Shown: positions 8,201 through 16,264 of the stretch, one piece after another
Layout: each line of letters begins with the position of its first letter
Numbering within the stretch: the first letter of the stretch is position 1
IMG/VR virus record: IMGVR_UViG_3300020441_000002
Location: 1-37,879 of that record
Length of the DNA: 37,879 bases
Reading direction: 5' to 3' (one strand)
Origin: a virus
Taxonomy: Duplodnaviria; Caudoviricetes
Program-made: the position numbers and the translations under genes
The notes under the pieces: generated by a model
Told to the model about the DNA's origin: nothing
The model's database searches: none
Seen by the model: only the letters and a program-made list of their open reading frames with translations

Positions 8201-8640
8201 GCGAGGGAGAATACCTTTATCGGGATGACCCTCGACTAATCCACAAGGGGGGCAAGTGGGTTTTTAAAACGCCAATGATTGCCTTTGGGTATTGGGATAC
8301 CTGGGAAACCTGGTACGAAATTAATCATCGCATTAGCTGCAAGAGCGGACAAAACGGTCACGACCGGCGCGAGCAACACTTGCAGATACTGCACGATTTT
8401 ATCCGACCCTTTGTCGAAGCGACGTCGCTTGAGGATCTCTACGAAATGAAAAGATGGGTGTATGGAGCCCAAACATGTAGGGGTCTACGCAATGTAGGAA
8501 AGGGGGCCATGTACACCAAAATTAAAATGGAGGTGAACAATCAAATTATGAAATTGGAGCGCCAACAGGATGAAATAAAACCAGGCGCAAATTGGATTGC
8601 AATGAAGGGAGAAGCCAATGTCGATCAGAAAAGTAGTTGA
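8197..8640 (+). CDS. Hypothetical protein
   Basis: GGAGG RBS, ATGA overlap; 147 aa. Confidence 0.75.
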   Translation: MSEGEYLYRDDPRLIHKGGKWVFKTPMIAFGYWDTWETWYEINHRISCKSGQNGHDRREQHLQILHDFIRPFVEATSLEDLYEMKRWVYGAQTCRGLRNVGKGAMYTKIKMEVNNQIMKLERQQDEIKPGANWIAMKGEANVDQKSS

Positions 8641-8800
8641 TAAAAAAACGGATAAAGTGCTATTTATTGGGACTTATAAACAGGCAGTCGATTACTGCAT
8701 TCATAACAACCTCGGAAAATTTTACGAATTTATCTGGGAAGATCACGTCATCGATGGCGGCGATAAGATCGAGATACGGGAGCACAAACCATGCGAGTAG
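8618..8800 (+). CDS. Hypothetical protein
   Basis: GGGAG RBS; overlaps neighbours. Confidence 0.65.
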   Translation: MSIRKVVDKKTDKVLFIGTYKQAVDYCIHNNLGKFYEFIWEDHVIDGGDKIEIREHKPCE

Positions 8801-9531
8801 GGGCCTTTATAGTTGGCGGAGACAAGGAAAGTCAGACCGCACAGCGCGTGGCCATCACGGAATATTTTCTGAGCACCGCCGCATCGATAGATTATTTTCT
8901 TGAGAAGCCAGGCAACGAAAAACTCGACGCCGAGGATCGCGTCATGCTGATGAAGTGCGCTCGCTTTTGCCGGAAGCACGAGGCGACGTTTGCCGTTGCC
9001 AGTCTGTCGGGATTGTTTGACAAGCGCTGGAGGGCGCTGGGCTGGCTCGCGTATCAAGCTGATCAATACGGAATAGAAATTGTTGTTACCGACGAGCCGC
9101 AAATCAACGTCAGCTCCGTGGGCATACTCAGCGCCCAGGCAGACGAGCAGCGCAAAAGATTGGCCGCCAAGTCTAAGGCTGCGTTAGACGAGATTAAATC
9201 GATGCTGAAGCAGGGGAAGCCCGTCAGGACAAAAACGGGCAGGGTGATCAATAAGGTTAACGAAATTACTTTGCATGACAAAAAGGAGGAGACAGACCGC
9301 GCCGGCAACGAGGCCCAGGCAAGACTTGCCAGGGAGCGCGACCAGGAAGTGTGGGAGCTGGTGAAGAGCTACATCGATCGCGGCATGAACATGTCCGAGA
9401 TTGCCAGGCAGCTCAACGATGGTGGAGTGCCAACGCCGGCACAACGGAGAAAAGAGAATAGGATAATCAAAGGTATTTGGTATCCGCAAACGGTTAAAAA
9501 TTTATTAAAGAGACAGGGAGTAATAAAATGA
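8791..9531 (+). CDS. Serine recombinase/resolvase homologue lacking catalytic motifs
   Basis: Resolvase-like layout (DR..L.KC..FCRK..ATFAVA; ILSAQADEQR..LAAKSKAAL; SEIARQLN.GVPT...W.PQTV..LL), but YxRVS is replaced by FIVGG and KLDRLSR by SLSGLFD. Confidence 0.72.
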   Translation: MRVGAFIVGGDKESQTAQRVAITEYFLSTAASIDYFLEKPGNEKLDAEDRVMLMKCARFCRKHEATFAVASLSGLFDKRWRALGWLAYQADQYGIEIVVTDEPQINVSSVGILSAQADEQRKRLAAKSKAALDEIKSMLKQGKPVRTKTGRVINKVNEITLHDKKEETDRAGNEAQARLARERDQEVWELVKSYIDRGMNMSEIARQLNDGGVPTPAQRRKENRIIKGIWYPQTVKNLLKRQGVIK

Positions 9532-10004
9532 CTGAAGAAACAAAAATTGCAATTGCCGCTTTGCGTAACGAGTACGCACGGAAATTACTCATGTTTGAAT
9601 TAGAAATGAATAAGGTTAATAAAAAAGACAGAGATGTTGGTTGTAAAATAAAAAAGGCAATTAGAGAATACTCTATGAGCTCGCCCAATAGACGTAATTT
9701 TATCATGCATTGCTGCCTGGCTACACTCAACAATAAATGCATTTCAGTTCCAGAGACTAAACACTTACTTGGCATGTCTAGGCAAGGAATGACTGACATG
9801 GTTAACGAATGTTTTGAGGCAAAATGGATTTTACTAGACAAAGATGAAGCTGGTTACCGCCGCGTTAAAGCAACACCAATCACCTTGGAATGTTGGATGG
9901 ATTACGCAGATTACGTTCATTCAAAGGTTGATAAATTTGACTTTGTTCATATCAATGCGTCTCGCCGCGCCATGCAATTGTTACTAACAATGGAGAGCGA
10001 TTAA
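9528..10004 (+). CDS. Winged-HTH (MarR-like) DNA-binding protein, putative
   Basis: ISVPETKHLLGMSRQGMTDMVNECFEAKWI...DEAGYRRV resembles HTH plus wing. Confidence 0.55.
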   Translation: MTEETKIAIAALRNEYARKLLMFELEMNKVNKKDRDVGCKIKKAIREYSMSSPNRRNFIMHCCLATLNNKCISVPETKHLLGMSRQGMTDMVNECFEAKWILLDKDEAGYRRVKATPITLECWMDYADYVHSKVDKFDFVHINASRRAMQLLLTMESD

Positions 10005-10007
10005 ACG

Positions 10008-10037
10008 TGCCAAGTTACTTGGTGCCAAGCTACTTGG
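10008..10037. promoter_or_regulatory. Tandem palindromic operator, 2 x CCAAG-N3-CTTGG
   Basis: TGCCAAGTTACTTGG / TGCCAAGCTACTTGG, 15-bp period, intergenic. Confidence 0.6.
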
Positions 10038-10086
10038 TATTGAAAAGGAAACAATAATGAGACATTTTAAAGACAGGAGGAAGACA

Positions 10087-10506
10087 ATGGCTCGAAAAGA
10101 TAAATATCGAGAGATCGACGTAAACTGGCATGGGAACCCATCGCGGAAGCTAAAGCTGAATAAAACTATGTATAAAATCAGCTCGGGTATGATGAAGTGG
10201 AAACGACGTATCAATATCCCCATGTGGCATCCTGATCATGTAGGCAAGGCAGCGAACATATTGAGGGAATACGCCGATCGAATTGAGGCCATCACTAAGT
10301 CTAACTCTATGCGTGGTTCTGACCGGACCATGCTGGCTCAACAAATCTTGGTAGAGATGAACCACCAGTTCGGTATGATTTCTCCCCAGGATCCCAGAGC
10401 TCCGGCAGCGGAGCAATATGAATACATAAATGGGAACAACCACATGACTGACACAAACGGTTTTGACGACCTGGTCAAACGTGACGAGCTGAAGAACGAC
10501 TATTAA
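10087..10506 (+). CDS. Hypothetical protein
   Basis: AGGAGG RBS before ATG 10087; 139 aa. Confidence 0.75.
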   Translation: MARKDKYREIDVNWHGNPSRKLKLNKTMYKISSGMMKWKRRINIPMWHPDHVGKAANILREYADRIEAITKSNSMRGSDRTMLAQQILVEMNHQFGMISPQDPRAPAAEQYEYINGNNHMTDTNGFDDLVKRDELKNDY

Positions 10507-10565
10507 ACCGTATCTGGAGTTTTTAAAAAGGTATCAGGTACATTTAACACATTGAGGAGAGCGTA

Positions 10566-10799
10566 ATGCTAACAAAATATAAGCGGCTTTCTGAAAATAT
10601 CAGAGGTTTTCGCATAATATATATTATTTCGAAATATTCTGATGTATCAGAAATCCTAGTTAACCTAACTAACCTAACTAAACAGACTAACCTAATTAAA
10701 CAGATTAGAATTATTTTAGAAGAAACTCTCGCTGCCGCAAGTATCTTCGCCATCGCTTTTGCATGGCTGTTGGTAGCGAGGGGGCTAGGGTGGCATTAA
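10566..10799 (+). CDS. Small protein with C-terminal transmembrane segment
   Basis: GAGGAG RBS; hydrophobic LAAASIFAIAFAWLLV; the DNA contains repeats. Confidence 0.55.
   Translation: MLTKYKRLSENIRGFRIIYIISKYSDVSEILVNLTNLTKQTNLIKQIRIILEETLAAASIFAIAFAWLLVARGLGWH
10607..10634 (+). other. Second, degenerate dif-like site
   Basis: TTTTCGCATAA-TATATA-TTATTTCGAAA; XerC arm 10/11 to the first site, XerD arm divergent. Confidence 0.45.
10661..10705 (+). repeat. Five tandem 9-bp units TAA(CCTA/ACAG)A(C/T)
   Basis: TAACCTAAC, TAACCTAAC, TAAACAGAC, TAACCTAAT, TAAACAGAT. Confidence 0.8.
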
Positions 10800-11077
10800 A
10801 TAAATTTACGTTTAACGACGGCGACGACAGCGAATTCGATGAGGCTTATGAAAAACTTATAAATGAGATCCTTGAGCAGTTAACAGTCGCCCTGGCAAAT
10901 ATAGGCAAGTGGGAAGCCATGAAAGAAATGGCCTCCGAAAGTTTAGCTCAAGCTATGGTCGGTTTAGAGATCTCTAAGATCGAAACACCATTTTTACAGA
11001 TCGATGTTGGTAAAGGCGGAAAACGTGTCGAGGTGACTTTTACGGAAAAAGACGCAGAATACGAGGTGTACCATTGA
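10790..11077 (+). CDS. Hypothetical protein (weak Gp157-like segment)
   Basis: GAGGGG RBS before GTG; AMVGLEISKIETPFLQIDV is reminiscent of Gp157. Confidence 0.6.
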   Translation: MALNKFTFNDGDDSEFDEAYEKLINEILEQLTVALANIGKWEAMKEMASESLAQAMVGLEISKIETPFLQIDVGKGGKRVEVTFTEKDAEYEVYH

Positions 11078-11334
11078 AACACCCATTGTCTAAACCACAA
11101 AAAGAAATCTACGATTACTTCTGCGAATTCTATAAGCGCTATCCGGAGCACCGGAGCCCGACGCTCCGAGACATGGCAACCGGTCAAGTTGACGGGATCC
11201 AGGTCTGCAAGGAGCGAGCCAGCCGGCAAAGCATCTATCCACACGTCCGGACGCTAATCGATAAGGGTTACATCAAAGAAAAATTTTATCGTAATAAACC
11301 GTATTGGATTTTAGCGGAGGCCGACGATGAATGA
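11074..11334 (+). CDS. Stand-alone LexA-type DNA-binding domain
   Basis: LSKPQKEIYDYF..FY......SPTLRDMA...S..SIY.HV.TL.DKGYI; no peptidase domain. Confidence 0.72.
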   Translation: MKHPLSKPQKEIYDYFCEFYKRYPEHRSPTLRDMATGQVDGIQVCKERASRQSIYPHVRTLIDKGYIKEKFYRNKPYWILAEADDE

Positions 11335-11575
11335 GATGGATCCGCTCGCCAGGATGAAGGCAGATGCTAAACAGGCAAACCGGAGGCTCCGCCGAAAGTG
11401 GGGCATGAAAGTAGAACCCAAGCCAAGCCTGGAAACACTAAGCAAGCAAGCTGAGCGCGTTAATGAATTGCTAAAGAAAGGAAACAGGCGAGATGCCATT
11501 GCAGGAATGCTGAACATATCTCTGGCTCACGTTGGGCGCCTTTGTAGAGAATACGGATTGCCCAGAGAGGAGTAA
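11327..11575 (+). CDS. HTH protein
   Basis: RRDAIAGMLNISLAHVGRLCREYGL. Confidence 0.65.
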   Translation: MNEMDPLARMKADAKQANRRLRRKWGMKVEPKPSLETLSKQAERVNELLKKGNRRDAIAGMLNISLAHVGRLCREYGLPREE

Positions 11576-11803
11576 ATGAAAAGACTTATTTTAAAAATTT
11601 ATTGGGATAAGGGAAAAATGAAAAATTATGAATTTACATTTGACAGTGAATACGGCGTTTACTTTGGAATGATCCAGGCGAAAAATGAAAAAACATTTTT
11701 GGAGCAGCTCCGCAAAGAATACCCACACGACAAAGGTGCGGACGGTTTATTTCATTGCCCTGACACTGGTGACGAAAAACCGATAAAGTGGGGAGAACTG
11801 TAG
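11576..11803 (+). CDS. Hypothetical protein
   Basis: GAGGAG RBS, abuts neighbours. Confidence 0.65.
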   Translation: MKRLILKIYWDKGKMKNYEFTFDSEYGVYFGMIQAKNEKTFLEQLRKEYPHDKGADGLFHCPDTGDEKPIKWGEL

Positions 11804-12007
11804 ATGCCTACAATACAGCAACTGTGTCTAAAAAAATATTTTCGGCACAAGGATGTTGAAATCGATGTGCTTGAGGAACGAATAAAATCTCTTGAGGCTT
11901 CATTAAAAAAGATAAGAGATACGGCCAAGGTACATAATGACGTCGAAGAAAGCTGGTATATCGAACAACTGGCAGAAGAAGCATTACAAAAGAAGGAGCC
12001 CCAGTAG
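11804..12007 (+). CDS. Hypothetical coiled-coil protein
   Basis: GGGAG RBS; last gene before the terminator. Confidence 0.65.
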   Translation: MPTIQQLCLKKYFRHKDVEIDVLEERIKSLEASLKKIRDTAKVHNDVEESWYIEQLAEEALQKKEPQ

Positions 12008-12017
12008 GGCTCCTTTT
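11993..12017. terminator. Intrinsic terminator, likely bidirectional
   Basis: AAGGAGCCC-CAGTA-GGGCTCCTT stem with A/T flanks between converging operons. Confidence 0.8.
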
Positions 12018-12633
12018 ATATTAACCACTGATAAATTTTCTTTGTCTCTTTAATGCGGTGATCGAGGCCGTTGTAGCCTCCGTTAACTCGACGGGTCACT
12101 TTCTTTATTACCTCATCGGTTACGCCCTCGTCGCATATGGTCCACAATTTATTTTTTCTAAAAAACCAAATGGCGCTATCCATCGCGTAATCTTCCGCAA
12201 TCAAATCCGGATTGTCCATGACCTCCGGCAGCCTCATATCGCTCGCAAACGAACGGACGTTGTCGCGGCCAGTAACCTGGAGATAACCCCTGCCTCGGTA
12301 TAACCAGCCTCCGTTCTCCACTTCTTGGTTTCCCATACGATGACCGTAAACTTTGTTTGCCAGGGCTTGTGGATTGCGAGCGCAGGGCTTTGCGTCTTCT
12401 TCAGTCTTAAAATATTTTCCAAAAACTCTAAGACACGCATCAACAGAATAATTTAAATTTTCTTCTACATGCTGAAACGTACCACTTTCGTGTACGACCT
12501 GGCCCAGCAAGTGAGCAGCTCGTTTAGGGCTGAGCTCAAAATGTTGTGTCACTTTTCTAGCTGTATTGGGCCCCCAGCCGCCATCGGGTTCAGTCCCAAC
12601 TCTTGTTTGCAATTTGCGTAAACTGTCGCTCAT
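12016..12633 (-). CDS. GH19 (chitinase-like) endolysin with N-terminal PG-binding-like segment
   Basis: AAHLLGQVVHES...EENLNYS, YRGRGYLQVTGR.N, TRRVNGGYNGLDHR; start at MSDSL with GGAGG RBS. Confidence 0.9.
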   Translation of the reverse strand: MSDSLRKLQTRVGTEPDGGWGPNTARKVTQHFELSPKRAAHLLGQVVHESGTFQHVEENLNYSVDACLRVFGKYFKTEEDAKPCARNPQALANKVYGHRMGNQEVENGGWLYRGRGYLQVTGRDNVRSFASDMRLPEVMDNPDLIAEDYAMDSAIWFFRKNKLWTICDEGVTDEVIKKVTRRVNGGYNGLDHRIKETKKIYQWLI

Positions 12634-12716
12634 CGTTTTGCCTCCAGGTATAGTCGCCAACAATTGACGATCGTGTTGATGCTGACCGCTGAGAACAGCA
12701 TTATCCATTGCCACAT
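12630..12716 (-). CDS. Tiny hydrophobic peptide (28 aa, not in ORF track)
   Basis: MWQWIMLFSAVSINTIVNCWRLYLEAKR; ATGA overlap with the endolysin. Confidence 0.45.
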   Translation of the reverse strand: MWQWIMLFSAVSINTIVNCWRLYLEAKR

Positions 12717-12721
12717 TTCCA

Positions 12722-13105
12722 TTATTTTTTGCCTCCGAAAAATTGCTTACCGCCACGCAAACCAATCGCACTCAGGCAGACAACTAAAACCAAATTTTGA
12801 TACCAGGAGGGCAGGGAAGACAAACGATCGAAGCCGTTCTGTACTGTCTGTTCCAGGCCAGGAATAAAACAGAGCGCAACTGGCGCCAGGACCAAAATTG
12901 TTACCGCCTCGTCTTTCCAGGAATTCTGCGTAGACTGGGCCATAATTCGTTCCCAGTCAGCGGTCGATGTTTCTTTCGACAATAAAATTTTCGCTTTCGC
13001 TTCCGCCTCAGTTAATTTTAACTTTGCATTTGCTGCGTTTGCGTCAGCTTTTCCCTGCAACCAGGATCCGGCAAGGTTAGCCACGGGCCCAAGAAACTGC
13101 ATCAT
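12722..13105 (-). CDS. Holin-like membrane protein
   Basis: WE..MA....SWKDE followed by hydrophobic segments; upstream of the endolysin. Confidence 0.7.
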   Translation of the reverse strand: MMQFLGPVANLAGSWLQGKADANAANAKLKLTEAEAKAKILLSKETSTADWERIMAQSTQNSWKDEAVTILVLAPVALCFIPGLEQTVQNGFDRLSSLPSWYQNLVLVVCLSAIGLRGGKQFFGGKK

Positions 13106-13326
13106 TCTGATTTACTCCCCAACATTTTGCTCGATAGAGCGAAGTAGGCGCCCACCAGGCCACTTAAAGCCAGGTATTGGACTTGCAGTACCCCAGAGGC
13201 TTCATTCATTCTGGTGGGGTCGTAGATCGTCGCTGCCGTCGTCGCGCACATCATAAATAATGCTATGTACGACATGCGTCTTTTATTGGTTTGGTAGGCC
13301 ATTTTGTCAGGAACTAGTTCGTTCAT
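13102..13326 (-). CDS. Small two-TM protein (lysis module)
   Basis: Two hydrophobic helices; ATGA overlap. Confidence 0.65.
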   Translation of the reverse strand: MNELVPDKMAYQTNKRRMSYIALFMMCATTAATIYDPTRMNEASGVLQVQYLALSGLVGAYFALSSKMLGSKSE

Positions 13327-13429
13327 TTTCTGCTATCCTTATTGCTAATTTTTTACATGAAGTCTGGACGACAACCCGTCCATTTTTATAAACAATCCAT
13401 CTGTTACGTTTCACCTCAATTATCTGCAT
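13307..13429 (-). CDS. Small hypothetical protein (40 aa)
   Basis: MQIIEVKRNRWIVYKNGRVVVQTSCKKLAIRIAENERTSS fills the operon gap. Confidence 0.45.
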   Translation of the reverse strand: MQIIEVKRNRWIVYKNGRVVVQTSCKKLAIRIAENERTSS

Positions 13430-13616
13430 CCAATAGCCGAATGCATTCGATGACCATTGAATTAGATGTGACGAGAATTTTGGCTTTATCTCGTTCCACC
13501 AAACACGTTTTTTCGTTAGGGTAAAAATCCAGTACATAATGTTGGAGCTGGTCATGGCGAATAAAATGAAACCACACTAGCGCGTAGGCTAGATGATGCA
13601 TTGCCAGCATTACCAT
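13416..13616 (-). CDS. Hypothetical protein
   Basis: Operon continuity; start uncertain. Confidence 0.55.
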   Translation of the reverse strand: MVMLAMHHLAYALVWFHFIRHDQLQHYVLDFYPNEKTCLVERDKAKILVTSNSMVIECIRLLDADN

Positions 13617-14071
13617 TTGAGGTGATCCTTAACATCGATGTACCCCAAATGTTGGAGATACCAACCAGCGCCCACAAACGCGCCCAGGAGGAGCAATAAA
13701 ATTGAGACGACTGTCAGTGTCATTTCTTGCCTTGCCTGGGCTGCTAGACGCTCTCTGGCTTCCTGCTCGCGTTTTTCAACGAGTATTTCTTTTCTTATTT
13801 TTAAGAGCTCGGTCCAATACGAGGGCCCTAAACTTTCATCGATGTATTTTTTTAAGGACGCTTCAGCTTCGTCATAGGCAAGCTTATCGGCGAAGGTCGA
13901 AAGAGCCTCCTGATTTACGCTTGTGAAAGACTTTTGCATTTTGCGTGAATGGTTCTTTTTAGCAGTGTCCGCGCTATCAAAAAAATTGCCGATTTCCTTT
14001 GACAGGCTAGCCAAATTTCGACCGGCTTTTAACGCGCTGGTTATACCGAGGACGATTGACATGGGCTCCAT
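13610..14071 (-). CDS. Membrane-anchored coiled-coil protein
   Basis: C-terminal TM segment; 153 aa. Confidence 0.75.
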   Translation of the reverse strand: MEPMSIVLGITSALKAGRNLASLSKEIGNFFDSADTAKKNHSRKMQKSFTSVNQEALSTFADKLAYDEAEASLKKYIDESLGPSYWTELLKIRKEILVEKREQEARERLAAQARQEMTLTVVSILLLLLGAFVGAGWYLQHLGYIDVKDHLKW

Positions 14072-14073
14072 TG

Positions 14074-14478
14074 CTACATCCCATCAGAATTAATGGGGCG
14101 GCGTGTGAGGTATTCTATTGTGTTTTCTAAAGTTTTTATTCTAGCTTGCAGTTTGATGATTTGATTGAATTGAAGTAGGAACCCTTCCTGCGTTTCGTAC
14201 ACATCGTCAAATTCTGACATGACGTCGTCTAAAGTTTCCTGACCTTCTTCTTCTAGTTCAATTAGTATATCTAACAGCTCGTCAATATTTTCTGTGTTCT
14301 GTTGAACGTCACGCTGTAAGTTGACGCGCTCAGTCGCAGAATTTTCAGCCGTCAAAACAGACACAGTTTCTTGTAAGTTTGCAATGATGCTTGCTTGCTC
14401 CGAGGCATACCAGACCATGCCCCCCAAACTGGAACACACTACGCCTATTACAGCTATATTTACCTTGGGCAGTTCCAT
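14074..14478 (-). CDS. Coiled-coil protein with N-terminal TM
   Basis: Start MELPKV with TAATG overlap; hydrophobic N-terminus, heptad pattern. Confidence 0.7.
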   Translation of the reverse strand: MELPKVNIAVIGVVCSSLGGMVWYASEQASIIANLQETVSVLTAENSATERVNLQRDVQQNTENIDELLDILIELEEEGQETLDDVMSEFDDVYETQEGFLLQFNQIIKLQARIKTLENTIEYLTRRPINSDGM

Positions 14479-14672
14479 TATCCGACCTTCATCAAAACTG
14501 CGATAAGCAACGCGATTATCGAGCCGGCAGCGCCCCAAAGGATCTGCTCAGTACGCTTTGTACGGACGTAAAGATCCTTAAGCTGTATGCGGAGCTCGGT
14601 TTTGACCTCGACCATGTCCTTCTCGACAATGTCGATCCTGGCGTGAGCTGAATGGACTGTGCGCTTATCCAT
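14478..14672 (-). CDS. Small coiled-coil + TM protein (XhlA/hemolysin-like)
   Basis: Short coil followed by ILWGAAGSIIALLIAVL. Confidence 0.6.
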   Translation of the reverse strand: MDKRTVHSAHARIDIVEKDMVEVKTELRIQLKDLYVRTKRTEQILWGAAGSIIALLIAVLMKVG

Positions 14673-14673
14673 C

Positions 14674-14949
14674 CTAATACCCGTTAGCTATTAGCTTGCT
14701 ATAATCGCCGGACATTAATTTCTTTTTGATGTACTCGTTCAGCTCCTGGCTACCTATTTTAGCGCCGCACTCTTCCATCCATTGTTCGATGACGACATAT
14801 GGTATTGAACCAACAAGGCGCATATCTGATCGCTTGTTGTGACCGTCGATGTTGCGCTCTTTGTTAAAATCTAAAATGCGCTCAACGTCCTGGCTACGAT
14901 TAACAATTAATTTACCGTCCTCATCGAGGAGTTTTGTTTGTACGCTCAT
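14674..14949 (-). CDS. Conserved phage protein downstream of capsid
   Basis: QDVE.IL..NK...MRLVGSIP.VVIEQW pattern; synteny. Confidence 0.75.
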   Translation of the reverse strand: MSVQTKLLDEDGKLIVNRSQDVERILDFNKERNIDGHNKRSDMRLVGSIPYVVIEQWMEECGAKIGSQELNEYIKKKLMSGDYSKLIANGY

Positions 14950-15194
14950 TTTTTAGCTTTCTTTTTCTTCGGAGCTTTGCCGCCTTCCCAAGCCTCATTA
15001 ACGTCAGGGGTAGAGGGGTCATCTGCCTGGAGCTTGCCAGTTGCAGTTCTTGCCCGTTTGATTTTTACTTCAAGCGCAAAGCCAGCCTCTAACAGTGCCT
15101 GGCCTTCTTCTTCGCTTACTTCGATTTTGTCGCCTTTCATGGCAGGAGATCCAGCCGCCCAGGGTTTTCGATCGGTAATAATTTCAACTTTCAT
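14946..15194 (-). CDS. Small head-associated protein
   Basis: MKVEII...; RAR...GKLQADDPSTPDVNEAW, lysine-rich tail. Confidence 0.7.
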   Translation of the reverse strand: MKVEIITDRKPWAAGSPAMKGDKIEVSEEEGQALLEAGFALEVKIKRARTATGKLQADDPSTPDVNEAWEGGKAPKKKKAKK

Positions 15195-15232
15195 AACAGC
15201 TTCCCATATCTGGTACTTGTAAATCGAGAGGA

Positions 15233-15250
15233 TGGGGCATTGCTGCCCCA
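15233..15250 (-). terminator. GNRA stem-loop after the capsid gene (terminator/mRNA stabiliser)
   Basis: TGGGGCA-GCAA-TGCCCCA on minus strand, 7 nt after the MCP stop; weak U-tract. Confidence 0.55.
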
Positions 15251-15257
15251 CCAAATT

Positions 15258-16250
15258 TTATGATGCGTTAATGTCCGCTACGATCCCGTGGGCCTTTTCC
15301 GAAGTTACCTGGAGGCCGTATTCGCAGGAAATTAATCGGCGCTCTGACAGACCGGTTTTCGCTAATGGCTCTTGCTTAGCAGTCTGCAAGTAAACCACTT
15401 CCGCGTATGTCGGATCCATCACAAGCACGTCTGGTGTATAAACAACACTAGACACTGTCCTGGTCCGCATCAGCCGGTTCGGCACGATCTGAAGTTCGCC
15501 AAAGTCAGAAATGTACACGTCGATGGCAGCATTCAATTTGCTATCTTCTGCCTCTTTGTAACGTGTCGCGTTACCAGTGAAGGTAGAGATTTTTTGCTTC
15601 TGGGCAGAACCACACATTACCATTGTTGGCGTTGCGCCTTCGTTCCAGCAATCAGCTATTATCCCCTTTAAAAGAGCCTCAGTGATGGGCCGAAGGGTCC
15701 CGTCAGTCGCGGCTGCGTTTACAAAGCCAGATGAACCAGTTCCTGATGTTGTGCCGTTAGCACCAGAACCACCACGCGATACGTTTGTGGTTAGGTAAGC
15801 AGGAAAACCAGCCGTCGCTCTTGCAGTACCGGCAGCACCACCGTTGGCACTGGCATTCTGCAATAAAAGTGACTCCATATCCCTTTTTAATTCGGATAAT
15901 TTATAAGCCACTTGTTTCGCGATAGTCTGACTATTTGCAACTCCGTTAACTGCGTTTGCCGTTGATGAAGTTTCGCTCACTTTAGCACTTATCTGGGTAT
16001 ACCCTCCTTTACGAACAGCATTGGTAGGCGCACTGTTACCAAGCGCATCGGCCTCTAATTGACGATTTGAATTATCGACAGCGGCCAAATCAATTTCTGA
16101 CCATTCGTAGTAGGTGTTATCTACATTTCGTGAGCCGATTGAGCTCATAAAAATAGTATCCGTAGGGGTCAGCGAAAGCATTGCAGAATGCAAATCTTCG
16201 CGGATGGTTGTGACGTCATACGTCTTATTCGTGTTAGCTGCTACAGCCAT
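15258..16250 (-). CDS. Major capsid protein (DUF5309/SU10-like)
   Basis: REDL...P.DT.F.S.IG...YEW, YTQI, ELKRDME, Y.SDFG, LAKTG...EYGL; follows scaffold. Confidence 0.9.
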   Translation of the reverse strand: MAVAANTNKTYDVTTIREDLHSAMLSLTPTDTIFMSSIGSRNVDNTYYEWSEIDLAAVDNSNRQLEADALGNSAPTNAVRKGGYTQISAKVSETSSTANAVNGVANSQTIAKQVAYKLSELKRDMESLLLQNASANGGAAGTARATAGFPAYLTTNVSRGGSGANGTTSGTGSSGFVNAAATDGTLRPITEALLKGIIADCWNEGATPTMVMCGSAQKQKISTFTGNATRYKEAEDSKLNAAIDVYISDFGELQIVPNRLMRTRTVSSVVYTPDVLVMDPTYAEVVYLQTAKQEPLAKTGLSERRLISCEYGLQVTSEKAHGIVADINAS

Positions 16251-16264
16251 CGTTTTGTCCTTTC

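Noticed and set aside
8791-9531. Active integrase with attP
   Set aside because: Catalytic Ser/Arg motifs are absent and the protein is too short for a large serine integrase
10661-10705. CRISPR array or CtrA boxes
   Set aside because: Units are only 9 bp with no spacers; no TTAA-N7-TTAA spacing
12634-12771. Long N-terminal extension of the endolysin in the ORF track
   Set aside because: Overlaps the holin-like gene; a better RBS precedes ATG 12633
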